Shown here piece by piece: positions 21,401 to 26,099 of a DNA stretch of 64,000 nt. The notes under the pieces were generated by a model. It was not told the DNA's origin. It did not search any database and was given only the letters and a program-made list of their open reading frames with translations. Position numbers and translations under genes: made by a program. Origin of the DNA: a virus. Positions within the stretch are counted from its first letter, which is position 1; every line of letters starts with the position of its first letter. Location of the stretch: positions 26,221 through 90,220 of the IMG/VR virus record IMGVR_UViG_3300025110_000007; one strand, given 5' to 3'.

Positions 21401-21953
21401 GCGTTTTCGATGCGATGACATCTCCGTTGATGTGGAGCGAAAGTATTGTGCGGTCAAAAGTCAGTGTCACTTGAAGCAGTTCCCGGTGCCCGAGGTTAAG
21501 CCCGGTCAGGTCATTCTTGCTGTCGTCCTGTGCGTTGAATGTATCGTGTACATCGAGGCCAGCACGAGGGAAGGTGACACCATCCCAGTAAGCAACATCG
21601 CCATCCAAACCAGAAACGGCTTGTGCACTGCTCAATGTGAATGTGTTTTCAGCATCGTTGGCTATGTTGCGCAACTTGACTTGAGCGTGTGCAGGTCCGG
21701 GGCTCGATGGGCTCCCTACGATGATGCGACAGACATTTTCCTGTTCCCACACTATGCCCCCAGAGTCTGGAATAATCCAAGCCTCGATAGTAAAGGCAGA
21801 CAACGCAGATGGTGTTTTTTGATGCGTCAAGTCACTACCTGTGTGTAGTTCTCCAAAGTTGTTCTTGAATGTCATCTGAGGAACAATGACACCATCGGTA
21901 ATACCATTGAAGAAAAGGGCGTGACTTGGTTCGATTGATACAGTCATACTCAC
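6447..21953 (-). CDS. Giant 5168-aa virion tail/adhesin protein with N-terminal LamG/concanavalin-A-like domain
   Basis: Uninterrupted 15.5-kb ORF in the tail module. N-terminus has FTIEAWI...TLTFD...LHING...IGG...RGTI...GLWRFEE; G/S/T/D-rich repeats follow. Confidence 0.8.
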   Translation of the reverse strand: MSMTVSIEPSHALFFNGITDGVIVPQMTFKNNFGELHTGSDLTHQKTPSALSAFTIEAWIIPDSGGIVWEQENVCRIIVGSPSSPGPAHAQVKLRNIANDAENTFTLSSAQAVSGLDGDVAYWDGVTFPRAGLDVHDTFNAQDDSKNDLTGLNLGHRELLQVTLTFDRTILSLHINGDVIASKTLDEEHELALHPTQLSIGGTGGEYRGTIEAVHWSRGASDAGHDLSLPVKNDSTLGLWRFEEPVEPIATSITLPSLSASTGASSSISIGTTLAQTLVDEFTGQSGLTSVDLTTSPQSNGSYSVKRFTSGSSTTVSVPHVPFNLLINPLGYNQSTGIPNREAPERVRITAVDASAGTMTVESIHLDYASNASTGRRGLLMAHGAGIGAIVTGDCLVDGGTGEPYQIAGTGTQFSHRQGQVLIDESDFENHGLLFALTMATTDNGYSKFSATTRMADNFLIGHTGRHTLNHIPGHPFMGTMPTPKAAYVEQSVDAVAQVMEASFAAQYADLSDSVPPGSPVVFNDLFGPYDVSGLTFSSVPTQAVENGMAGIDDTQRALLAIGGDGFDAEPFALRNMGDTSPTGDAHTRHMTPSTESRVAILNVPSLSTYDYAPFVQVHYNAIDFAGTGMKHAATGRLTHNYSSNVIKFQSTEAFGKTGTTIRADYISIAGEVAGASSITATLDHSAKTLTFSSAPTSAFQTAAVTGAIVNVSLRGSVLLVEKTIPSGNTQLASGVKMVDLIHSDISAGTAVLYAPGGVLEFESDSSFYIEDGGLVGDDSEGTIAETQLDVSLTPDNYLPLHSSDSVQKAPQVIASALYDNTVHKSFFHKLLISASDNEQITPNLEASGNFQAEFKKDMRPRTGVLVNNGGGYSASATSITVDGVDATTKFGVGLNVYTQKGLLLGAITSISSTAIGISAGIAGTVADNEELFHQPLMQAVSSTNQSTAVNEVFDIIGHRTKSGRTRVVVQPSDRRRFSQLTKMLTNKDDSEPNTVIVQYVVGRGKVIDFDSNGESDTVLRAHGLVADALSNSVNVKGDGAPDSHIVKEIMPGSPVVTMTMGGVGQGAVNTKPTWDPSPTARVGWSTRRDCTTKVSALGSTTITVVPLNNNATDLASWGTYCFPKIGKIFLQKPGIEGADNQLFASAEYASKTGSVFTFASGSTHLGSGKFILFDGTEAASFADWKTGTAIAIGGYLQVDDKFNAESIAPDGTTVNDRLFQTLDTVQHDYQLGTQYASTRAMIEFPLFEDFFFDDPDAGVFPGPDNSMKLHLDATYTAPTWAPNPVGRRPKSVAPEDPQVNSAFSLPVSQKKHKRGTTISAEYDSANRRIYVKDASLFPIPSAAPVVIGGIGGALRFRSAFTKNGEWVIYSAIDTTNNYLTVAGNAAADDAWAFSSNFLRDYQVGSRISPAQGIQNMNYASIADNPTLSSAGFEQRSEFYYDRANVMTQGGNIDYGLKQYVSAVEFRSGPTTNPHLPHVQNKRARGIVEAFSSPNLTLESSETWPATTSHSTHAYRVRYYDNTASAYKYAHYKTRTGNVLSLISIDSGFNPSAGTEILLVDFRATGSTVPTTLDTQLLNSKWANPFCPGGLRDGDTVWMNMQYTNPHSVEGLFCKSRGTLNEGQVWSGFLGGEGDFATTPRESIPMENFLIGNSCLETSRNFVQHINKTIELNYEALGLSATLAPTVAYLDPYQCTEDYARVLLYDVAHDREFIAFQDLWMQVQSSPATAEVKTPVDVANGFPSQHKETASTAKSEFMEAAMAHMNSGQLNVTIATHATGYHNHVPDVIATMRRTNDAVTEYGAPEDTHLQIDSSSDEVSTLFDTPDGTRVVPAFLSMKGIRSSTLDLSGHEESRLQHLPHWNQMDFVRRLTLDFGEIGVRQGITDIEAAAREVVRRINQAGAKTGRTHARRPADQFLGEADRFDFGKGHSATSTNPRKDPTAPHQKADFAATGSTHDPAPFWNSDTAFGSHDRGTHMGYMRAHLGRVVNSAEGKKGYSIVVHSTVPGASGRNFCAWMDNSNGQAPYRPEYLIGHGGRFRNYWCQPDEMDGENMHPAPMPINKFGRPFAPITTLREYIPMEEVDADYQNTLDFGPEVHGSGAINAHSTDEHATGRSSNTILNSSFEPKSDGKVLVEGLRVGTQAKARINFGGLTQAGIPGWAPDAGKWGMGRDGVSTRYDYIYGDKDLAAGTKQHGLVNQSGGGYIPDDDIRPDKMGTGQLYGIRMVDHRGDSHTIRMAYKQYGEALGNSLTRLPPTLDNEVIIHFDDRDVGQGGFTIGKHISGKGDVCGQYTGGTKQSFRGNLWNTYNSPAVGISATFQKDGSNDNFKIILAAPYGTGSNLAHTDILGYLGLPDSGLIQLNDVAGTANNGETYYYTSRSHYAKAGASGVHYLYGVKNISSDYSSAVTRIFSPRINFTSLLTDEVIAAAVNHAINMEDPNTEDVSATSFDCTSYLAPDGKTLGEWGVAPDAIRIKAHSSKHKVTPLRHLFQSSVGKDWGIQAAASNLATGTNHLGGLTEAEILAGVRLDVGYIPATVLHITTKYRGPNANTATPVLVDSLNDSVNVKQWRDNLRGDTYIRLPGDRITPCINTVMVNIASKDTSTTPDHLVLPSNEYLYLAMTPASDDSNAWSEEVVFWRGDTDWARAVSKAGAAENKLDLLNHSADFVTNLAADDILVAHANLLKFHDCDGIRTTGSHHGEPFLYFRGGRSSVDRWVPLYFGGGFSGVTLDINDGTQNDYEEFYTHPYSSGPTGSAGMQNVGEAAGSYALIDTNAMLAMFPGTPYLNQHNGQHYPPFFNKDAMLSPDLDAGNNTNASSTGVTYTGGGKTVNCNRPSPIVLRFSHPHARYSTTSATNDATTYLVFGPGQAVPHNFQSYEPQLSDIVTTGNGYSAVPSTHPAGESFLPNLISHGGSTLYGFSANLPPTKEYQASNISGYNWILNWEPTKGMPNSRFYGQGAGKGRYYDTHFGPSSPVAYAHPFDDVFKNYAGTFIGAIANTRASNSLWHMDGGYHPGGHFLDNHIIRNVKNPSSTNRLATGSGDTRNPSVFRVSSALAKAYSNGDIGGNIFVIDATRCQNAEELAAVLAAGINTFPGIDPLKAIGGTFLPTMQHAGKQDRYGWVALDVQPDGYTAEDGAAATLQAAGTLPTTLPAYGWLRISNGTKSAFAPYVSYTGATFTLGKNGITNSTNLVDPTTKAAIAAAQVNGDNGPAVVYVWTKAGTHQYNNTTQSREHMTQVHFNGFMDAVDRTKPIGAVGWAGEAYSYLNSYNGTSIGGTKFPAGLGAWHPFLGFAPYGSAETCLASSPPIGITDTPSSLANDFCVHGLSSRHLVAVSHESELPLIAKTDRDGIIASGDWLSVKADGNILRAGTQAWSINKVHNKSRYNAPATAGPHVEANIRASTDFTAYPNVDTVAYPNARVTSTSHVSRADPCQSPTGDLFWDKSIMSTNQLHTLADTLVQECTGITSRTEYYETSAGLYKYYDTKSAARNFTEEHIVWKRMDGGNLTMPASNARGLGMIPWTVRKDGGSYKTVGEKILGNCRFSFESTNSAMFPIIQAQELSHPQLAQKHINEKENALIIPNEHLQFESMQVVDDTGQEHRLEGGSPLGTVIMDFRHVSDRDIEGLSPAIAGSGISPNMKIRLPNADEIPGNIIVRPGFDRIQAYQNETMGSGGLMHPAQAQPSITDTFKETYDGPRLWPTWENNGWEHLSQDGTDLSDDRLAFPASSSKGWESHTDNAPLNTAYEPHDRSLQFHVTRVGVTMTHRYDVDELTYSGYSGTEITVGSTPEDDTWKDNGESSGGRWFLRVYDPTTNKGVLASYTNTGTNKFTGVVYSPDFVSFVTGKTGLKVVPSYFMPAGSTRFFASRRLRDHSEYSGASPDMKTIDWTAVNGTPHTALSAPKMTPMPIPRMGHHYVTPTMALMPGHYAHPAYQRLYNLGQASRITTSSTFEEDMSAEYSGNDLLERLNPRDPLVWFSGASAPYGPSDIHGGAFTLLTETKVKFDGYGIAASKGSAGTTNSQGGHSIVLEAAGSYTLNDHFPDPMEVGAYQIIIQPNVFKQQFSGYHSNHSDAVKAPSESGTKVTELTGQQVNTVVAIAHDDGSNTNGAYTLILAEATMADVRGCEIMLNEIMLDLEPDASSQFTNLPPLANYNALGVEETTSPAFSRRTLPYHPNMFIQTTPGFTLTVPWWAQLHKDGATASAATHFRHLEWHTPDHYYQMNRATFGAVGAQITLAGYPTCYPDIYAEHYRVRSLNPNAKVTASSAGGSTVNVDNAELFPVKAYYGEVLEYTDANGERQTATYTNRTGTLAHATLGTPTQFQGVTEVTPLFFDNLTNDTIIRLSGPYDNRKADEIFTNSLVSMTTRVMPQTMNGTRDTNSLHLADAYLCMWHPNLGRPFTYYSDDNSRGFYDKNGATDTPVLKKGLNNVPEHFETIHYNDFFYAASKGPFTFGMRWIIPPGAAGTGGTGTTKSGADMDGDGNLSHQGGTIGSDKYNFAGYWPGGSRGGAGSSRLDGFLETLIGWGGKLFGVDCVSFHDNTGLEERTYAQMTTASDNARNTCFGYRFALRQPYNRPRWSPYVRGYLEVANANALLGYYHGPFIQQDNKDDGWVGGTDYPATYTGVLERLTQISALLNQDQLGRQVRYSDGRRMTRAFGCPVRTIRNSSSVRRMYAGDRAGLEIAEIAQAHRYYMVDWWGNTRGEDVRRFPVRGFGISPAWDPEDAYEDGGSGNRPEANGLFATSTDRQSGNSNTANNDVAAMAIVDWFNPTNAMRVGDRGDGRGVRWPTHFNESLLMDISETVEPTGLVLSQPTAEPTVGKGLVRPRNDVLQAGETDRGISARLDLADDDGLLKPTAMVNETTESITTDTMLAEPVGGDGVRIGLDVDTLGELNDGVSREYVVMSTEAHSLHSNRDVGQRTTLRGAMNVGNRTLGHLDMTALDWTGQPVKGIIKVSDAHSFWALGGTYVMNWKRRAGALDVTGWGEAGATSSSNPYQDSNHTSVTENINHADSEIEFLVRPAFVLDNSHVQLFRSNMAVKSGAPQAGGTFYAATAGGKYGIYTSDAASARTGTPSSPPYAPVYSVNPANSAAVSQGPKILGVDVSGYDKTDITQPVARITMSENTLEHFRSDAARKEDYSVEPRHSQTLHPKGSKGDTSFNSGDHSTE

Positions 21954-23197
21954 ACCCCTATGACATGGTCAGCACTCATCAGTTGTAAATCATATCGGTA
22001 GGTACCATCGGCTCCTTCCTTCTTGATGTGTAATTTGGTAGGTACAACCGACAGACCGCCTTGATTGCCGACTGCGCTTTTACCTGCAAGTGTAGCCCAT
22101 GCCTCTCCAAAATAATCTATCAGTCCGTCAACAAGATTTGAGAGCAGACCTGTTGAGCGACCATCTTCATCCTCACCGACTGTGTTTGAAACCCGCATAG
22201 GCAAGGTAGCAGGTCGAGAGTTATTACGGGAATCCTTTTCAGCAGGCGTCAATTTACCATAGGTCAAGAACAGATTACGCACAACAGGAGTGATGTCGTT
22301 CGACTGTACGAGTGAGTGGTAAGGGATTTGTATTCCCCGTAGCAGGTCAGACTCTTTACGAGAATTGGAAATTAAACCCAGTAGGTCTTGTGCCTTGTCG
22401 CCTGCACTCTTACCAAAAGAGTAGCGAGAAGGCAGACCGGATGACAAAATCGACGGGGAAAAATCATTGTTGAAATCAGGGTCAAGAGGAGTTCTTGCAT
22501 AATTTTCGTTTTGGAATTTATCTTCAATGCGTACAATTTGTTGACCGTTGGCATGCTGTGATGTCGTCACAGTGAACGCATCTGCGACACGCTTTGCACC
22601 CGGAACACCAAAGTGTCCATTTGCTGTGATATTGGTTGTCAGTTCAAGTGCGTCTTTAATGATGAGGGCCAGTGTTGAGGCAGGGTTGCCATTTGTAGCA
22701 CCTGCCTCCACATTCCCAATGGGTACATCAATGTGCACATCACCCAGTTCAGCCCACTGCTTTGTTCCAACAACAGTAGGTACAGCCGAACCTCCGGCCC
22801 TGTTTGAAACAGTTGAGTTGAAATCAAGAACAATGAAGGTGAAATTACCACGAGGTGAATTATTTCGCCAATACATAGGCAGGAATCGAATTGATTTACC
22901 CGCCAAGAGATTGGTTGCTGGGCCAGCCTCTATGGTCGATGCAACCCAATTGCTGGTTATAATTTCTCTATACGCAAGACGAGGCGACTGTACAACTCCA
23001 GCATCATCATCGTCTTCCAAAAGACCAGAGATGTTCATTGTGACTTGCGGCAAGTTTGTGTCAACACCTACTCGCTGTGATGAAATCGGTAGTGGGAAAA
23101 CAGTGACTCCACGAGAAACGGCGACCGCTATGTCTGTCGCACTCGTATTGATTGTGAAGTTATTCCCCTCACCAAAAACAAATCGAACAGGAATCAT
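21950..23197 (-). CDS. Distal-tail (Dit)-like protein, paralog 2
   Basis: Shares KSAGDK.QD, G.QIPY.S.V, RN.FLT.GK and the C-terminal strand with 23207..24865; GAGGTGA SD. Confidence 0.55.
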   Translation of the reverse strand: MIPVRFVFGEGNNFTINTSATDIAVAVSRGVTVFPLPISSQRVGVDTNLPQVTMNISGLLEDDDDAGVVQSPRLAYREIITSNWVASTIEAGPATNLLAGKSIRFLPMYWRNNSPRGNFTFIVLDFNSTVSNRAGGSAVPTVVGTKQWAELGDVHIDVPIGNVEAGATNGNPASTLALIIKDALELTTNITANGHFGVPGAKRVADAFTVTTSQHANGQQIVRIEDKFQNENYARTPLDPDFNNDFSPSILSSGLPSRYSFGKSAGDKAQDLLGLISNSRKESDLLRGIQIPYHSLVQSNDITPVVRNLFLTYGKLTPAEKDSRNNSRPATLPMRVSNTVGEDEDGRSTGLLSNLVDGLIDYFGEAWATLAGKSAVGNQGGLSVVPTKLHIKKEGADGTYRYDLQLMSADHVIGV

Positions 23198-23206
23198 AGC
23201 ATCACC

Positions 23207-24865
23207 TCATAGAATAGCGTCGACCGCTAACATTTTCATGGTAAAATCGTACACATTGGATTGGCCGCTGTGCTCAAATTCAAAGTCTGTGACGATGGCC
23301 TTAATACCGCTTTTTCTATAATCTGAGAAAAACGGTTGGAATTTGGCATGGGCTGGTGTGGTGTTAATGACTGACATCTTTTGATTTGTTGAAACCTTGC
23401 CAGTGGTCAAGAAAAAATTGCGTTGGGCGAATGTTTCAGAAGAACTCTTACTGACAGTCGAATCATACGGTATCTGAACGCCGTAAATGTAGTCGCCTGC
23501 ATTGTCCTGTGTGTAGCCTCTTAGCCCACTTAAATTCTGTATGAGTGTACCAACGGCTCCTTGCAATGCGTTTGGGTTGGCGTAGTTAGAGGCAAAGTTC
23601 TGGCTATTGCCTACGATGCCAAATATGTCTTGCACCTTGTCACCAGCAGATTTGACTTTGTTTCCAGCCCTGCCCCCGGTGAAACCTGTAAATTCATACT
23701 GAACTTGAGAAGGTAAAGTCGTATTCACAGCACCGCTGATTGCGCCAAGTTCTATGTCGGTCAACTGTGTGACAGTGACTAATGTTTGTTGAGTTCCCTT
23801 TCCTGTGGAAATGACGGTGGAAAAAACACTCGACAACTCCGTGGAATCACCACTGTTGAATCCACGAGAAGATACACCACCGACAGGGTCGGGCGTGACG
23901 CTGGTCAGAGCCTTACTTACAATGTAAGCCAAAATCTCAGATGGGCTCGTTGCCGTGCCGACATCCCGTGAAGCACCGTTAGTGTGAGTAGGTTGTGTTT
24001 GGTCGAGCATGTGGCGAATAGGAATCCCAATCACAGGGCCAGTCGAATAACCATCACTGTACGACAGGGGGGTATTGTGAAGTTCAACCACATCATGCTG
24101 TGCAGGAGTCGTGGAGACAGAATACAGAGTGATTGAATCTGATGTGACTGCCTTGACCTGACCGTAGGTGCCTTCGTTGAACTTACCTACGACTGGTGCA
24201 TAATTTTGTTCAGCAGTCAGTTCAATCCACTCTCTTGGGTCTGCTCCGCTTACAGTGATTGTTTTGGTCGAAGCATTGAACGATGCCACGACCATATTGG
24301 TTTCTCGCTTACGGTTAGCATAGGCATGCGGCTCTTTGACGGAGCCTCCTCGCTTAGCATCGAATATGAATTTGACATCCCTGCGTCCGTACGGCTCATC
24401 GGTCTTGTGCCAGTAAGCCACCGGCATTGTGAAATGTTTGTCATGAAGCGAGGCCAGAAACCGAGCGTTAGCGTTGGTTGGTGATGTTGGGGGTAAGGTA
24501 GGAAGTATTGAACCTCCTGCGTTCTGAAATTGGGAGAAGGCAAAGTTAGGACTGCTTGTATCTCCTTGAAAAATAGGGCCTCCGGGTGTACCGCCGGGGG
24601 GATTATTGAAAGGGGTTTCTGCACCAAAATCAAACTTAGCCGTGGAAAATTCAGCCTTTTCTTGGCCCCTGTCGTCGATGAAGGTGCCGCTCATCTCGAT
24701 AAGAACATGTGACATGTTGAGGTCAATGCTCCCTTTCAAACCGTCAGTAAAGGGTGTAGGCCATACAGAAGACTGCTTGTCGACAACTATCTCGACTGTG
24801 TGCGCTGTCAAGTCGATGGTTTCACCATCTTCTCGGACCAGTCGGATTGGGAGTCGGTCTGCCAT
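23207..24865 (-). CDS. Distal-tail (Dit)-like protein, paralog 1
   Basis: Directly follows the TMP-like gene; N- and C-terminal strands are tube/Dit-like around large insertions. Confidence 0.55.
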   Translation of the reverse strand: MADRLPIRLVREDGETIDLTAHTVEIVVDKQSSVWPTPFTDGLKGSIDLNMSHVLIEMSGTFIDDRGQEKAEFSTAKFDFGAETPFNNPPGGTPGGPIFQGDTSSPNFAFSQFQNAGGSILPTLPPTSPTNANARFLASLHDKHFTMPVAYWHKTDEPYGRRDVKFIFDAKRGGSVKEPHAYANRKRETNMVVASFNASTKTITVSGADPREWIELTAEQNYAPVVGKFNEGTYGQVKAVTSDSITLYSVSTTPAQHDVVELHNTPLSYSDGYSTGPVIGIPIRHMLDQTQPTHTNGASRDVGTATSPSEILAYIVSKALTSVTPDPVGGVSSRGFNSGDSTELSSVFSTVISTGKGTQQTLVTVTQLTDIELGAISGAVNTTLPSQVQYEFTGFTGGRAGNKVKSAGDKVQDIFGIVGNSQNFASNYANPNALQGAVGTLIQNLSGLRGYTQDNAGDYIYGVQIPYDSTVSKSSSETFAQRNFFLTTGKVSTNQKMSVINTTPAHAKFQPFFSDYRKSGIKAIVTDFEFEHSGQSNVYDFTMKMLAVDAIL

Positions 24866-24866
24866 T

Positions 24867-25331
24867 TCAAATTCCTCTGTTCATACCGCTGTTTTGCCTT
24901 GAGCCACCCATCTTTGTGCGCAACTCCTTGGACACCATGGCGCTGAGTTCCTTGGCTAATTTTTGCTTATCAGAGCGGTCGGTGACTCCACTCACATCAA
25001 TCTTGAGTGTACTGATGTTGACATTGTGGTTTGTGTCAGTAGGCGTGGCTGGTCGTGTTGGAGCAACAGGGTCAGGCTGTTGACTTGGTCGCATGGCTTC
25101 CATACGACTTTCTTCCAACGCACTCTGAACATTGCGCATTGGCTCTATATTCTGCATCTGGCGCAGGGATTCACGAAGGTCACGGGTGCGTGTATGTGAC
25201 ACATTCATGACCTTGTTGAATTCTCGGATTTGCTTTCTAAGCCCTTCCATATTTTTGTGAGCCGCCTCGGAATACTCTGAGAACTTCTTGACCGAGTCAA
25301 CAGTCCGAGGGTCAATGTTTTCGTCCACCAT
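24867..25331 (-). CDS. Very short tape-measure-like protein
   Basis: Occupies the TMP position (after chaperones, before Dit-like genes). Coiled-coil N-terminus; C-terminus 'VNISTLKIDVSG..DKQKLAKELSAMVSKEL' resembles TMP C-termini. Confidence 0.45.
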   Translation of the reverse strand: MVDENIDPRTVDSVKKFSEYSEAAHKNMEGLRKQIREFNKVMNVSHTRTRDLRESLRQMQNIEPMRNVQSALEESRMEAMRPSQQPDPVAPTRPATPTDTNHNVNISTLKIDVSGVTDRSDKQKLAKELSAMVSKELRTKMGGSRQNSGMNRGI

Positions 25332-25337
25332 GCTTCA

Positions 25338-25604
25338 TCACTCCAAGGGTGGGATATAATCGTACCCCAAGTACACAGAGTCGGTTTGAGTTGCCTTCTC
25401 CTTTTTGCGCATAGCCACAGCCCAAGCAATCAGTTGCCGAGCATCATCCGGTGTCAATTCTCTCACTTCATTCAGCCCCATGTTGTAGTGTGTCATCATC
25501 AGATATTCGTTCCCTTCTCTTTGTAAGCGAAGCCACTCGTCCGTCTGCTTTCCAGCGACGAACTCATTTATGCTGGCGACTTCGCCTCCCGAAAACTCAG
25601 CCAT
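25338..25604 (-). CDS. Tail assembly chaperone, T-like part (possible frameshift extension)
   Basis: 'YLMMTHYNMGLNEVRELTPDDARQLIAW' resembles gpT/gpE-type chaperone ends; overlaps the upstream ORF in the -1 frame. Confidence 0.55.
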   Translation of the reverse strand: MAEFSGGEVASINEFVAGKQTDEWLRLQREGNEYLMMTHYNMGLNEVRELTPDDARQLIAWAVAMRKKEKATQTDSVYLGYDYIPPLE

Positions 25605-25873
25605 TCTATGACCTGAACTGGGTCAGGTACAAATGATTGCAATTCGATACCTTCCTCAACACTGAGTTGGCTCAGGGCTATGGGTTCACTAAATTGAAGC
25701 CACTTGCCAAAGGCAACCATCCAGTATTCTGCTAAGTCGATGTCATCCCGTGCAAACAATGGGGCTAATCCTTGAACATCAAAAAAGGTCGGCGTAGCGA
25801 CCGTGACTTCAACTGACTTGCCCTGTATTTCCATATTATGTTTCTTCACCGGTTTGGGTGTCATCGTACTCAC
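25568..25873 (-). CDS. Tail assembly chaperone, G-like part
   Basis: Position after the tail tube gene, size about 100 aa, 37-nt overlap with the next ORF. Confidence 0.55.
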   Translation of the reverse strand: MSTMTPKPVKKHNMEIQGKSVEVTVATPTFFDVQGLAPLFARDDIDLAEYWMVAFGKWLQFSEPIALSQLSVEEGIELQSFVPDPVQVIEWLSFREAKSPA

Positions 25874-26090
25874 TCACTGTGTCGTTTGAGGTAGCCTCTT
25901 CTGAGGGGACCTCCGAAGCATCACCCTCTGGCTCCGAAGAGGCAGAGATGTGTTCTCCAAATGGGTTGTCTGAGGCTTTGCCAGCCTCTGGGTCGAATGT
26001 ATCTTTGAGAGGGGCCTTTTTCTTAGATGTTTTTGCCTTAACCACAACATCGCCTCGGGGGTGAAGTTGGGAAGGGGTCTTCATTGGCAT
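25836..26090 (-). CDS. Small hypothetical protein (basic N-terminus, acidic tail)
   Basis: GAGGCGA SD-like site upstream; fills the gap in the operon. Confidence 0.55.
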   Translation of the reverse strand: MPMKTPSQLHPRGDVVVKAKTSKKKAPLKDTFDPEAGKASDNPFGEHISASSEPEGDASEVPSEEATSNDTVSEYDDTQTGEET

Positions 26091-26099
26091 AGGCTCGCC

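Noticed and set aside
6513-23321. Many plus-strand ORFs such as 13857..14489, 17709..18452 and 22548..23321
   Set aside because: Antisense shadows of long minus-strand genes with no recognisable motifs.
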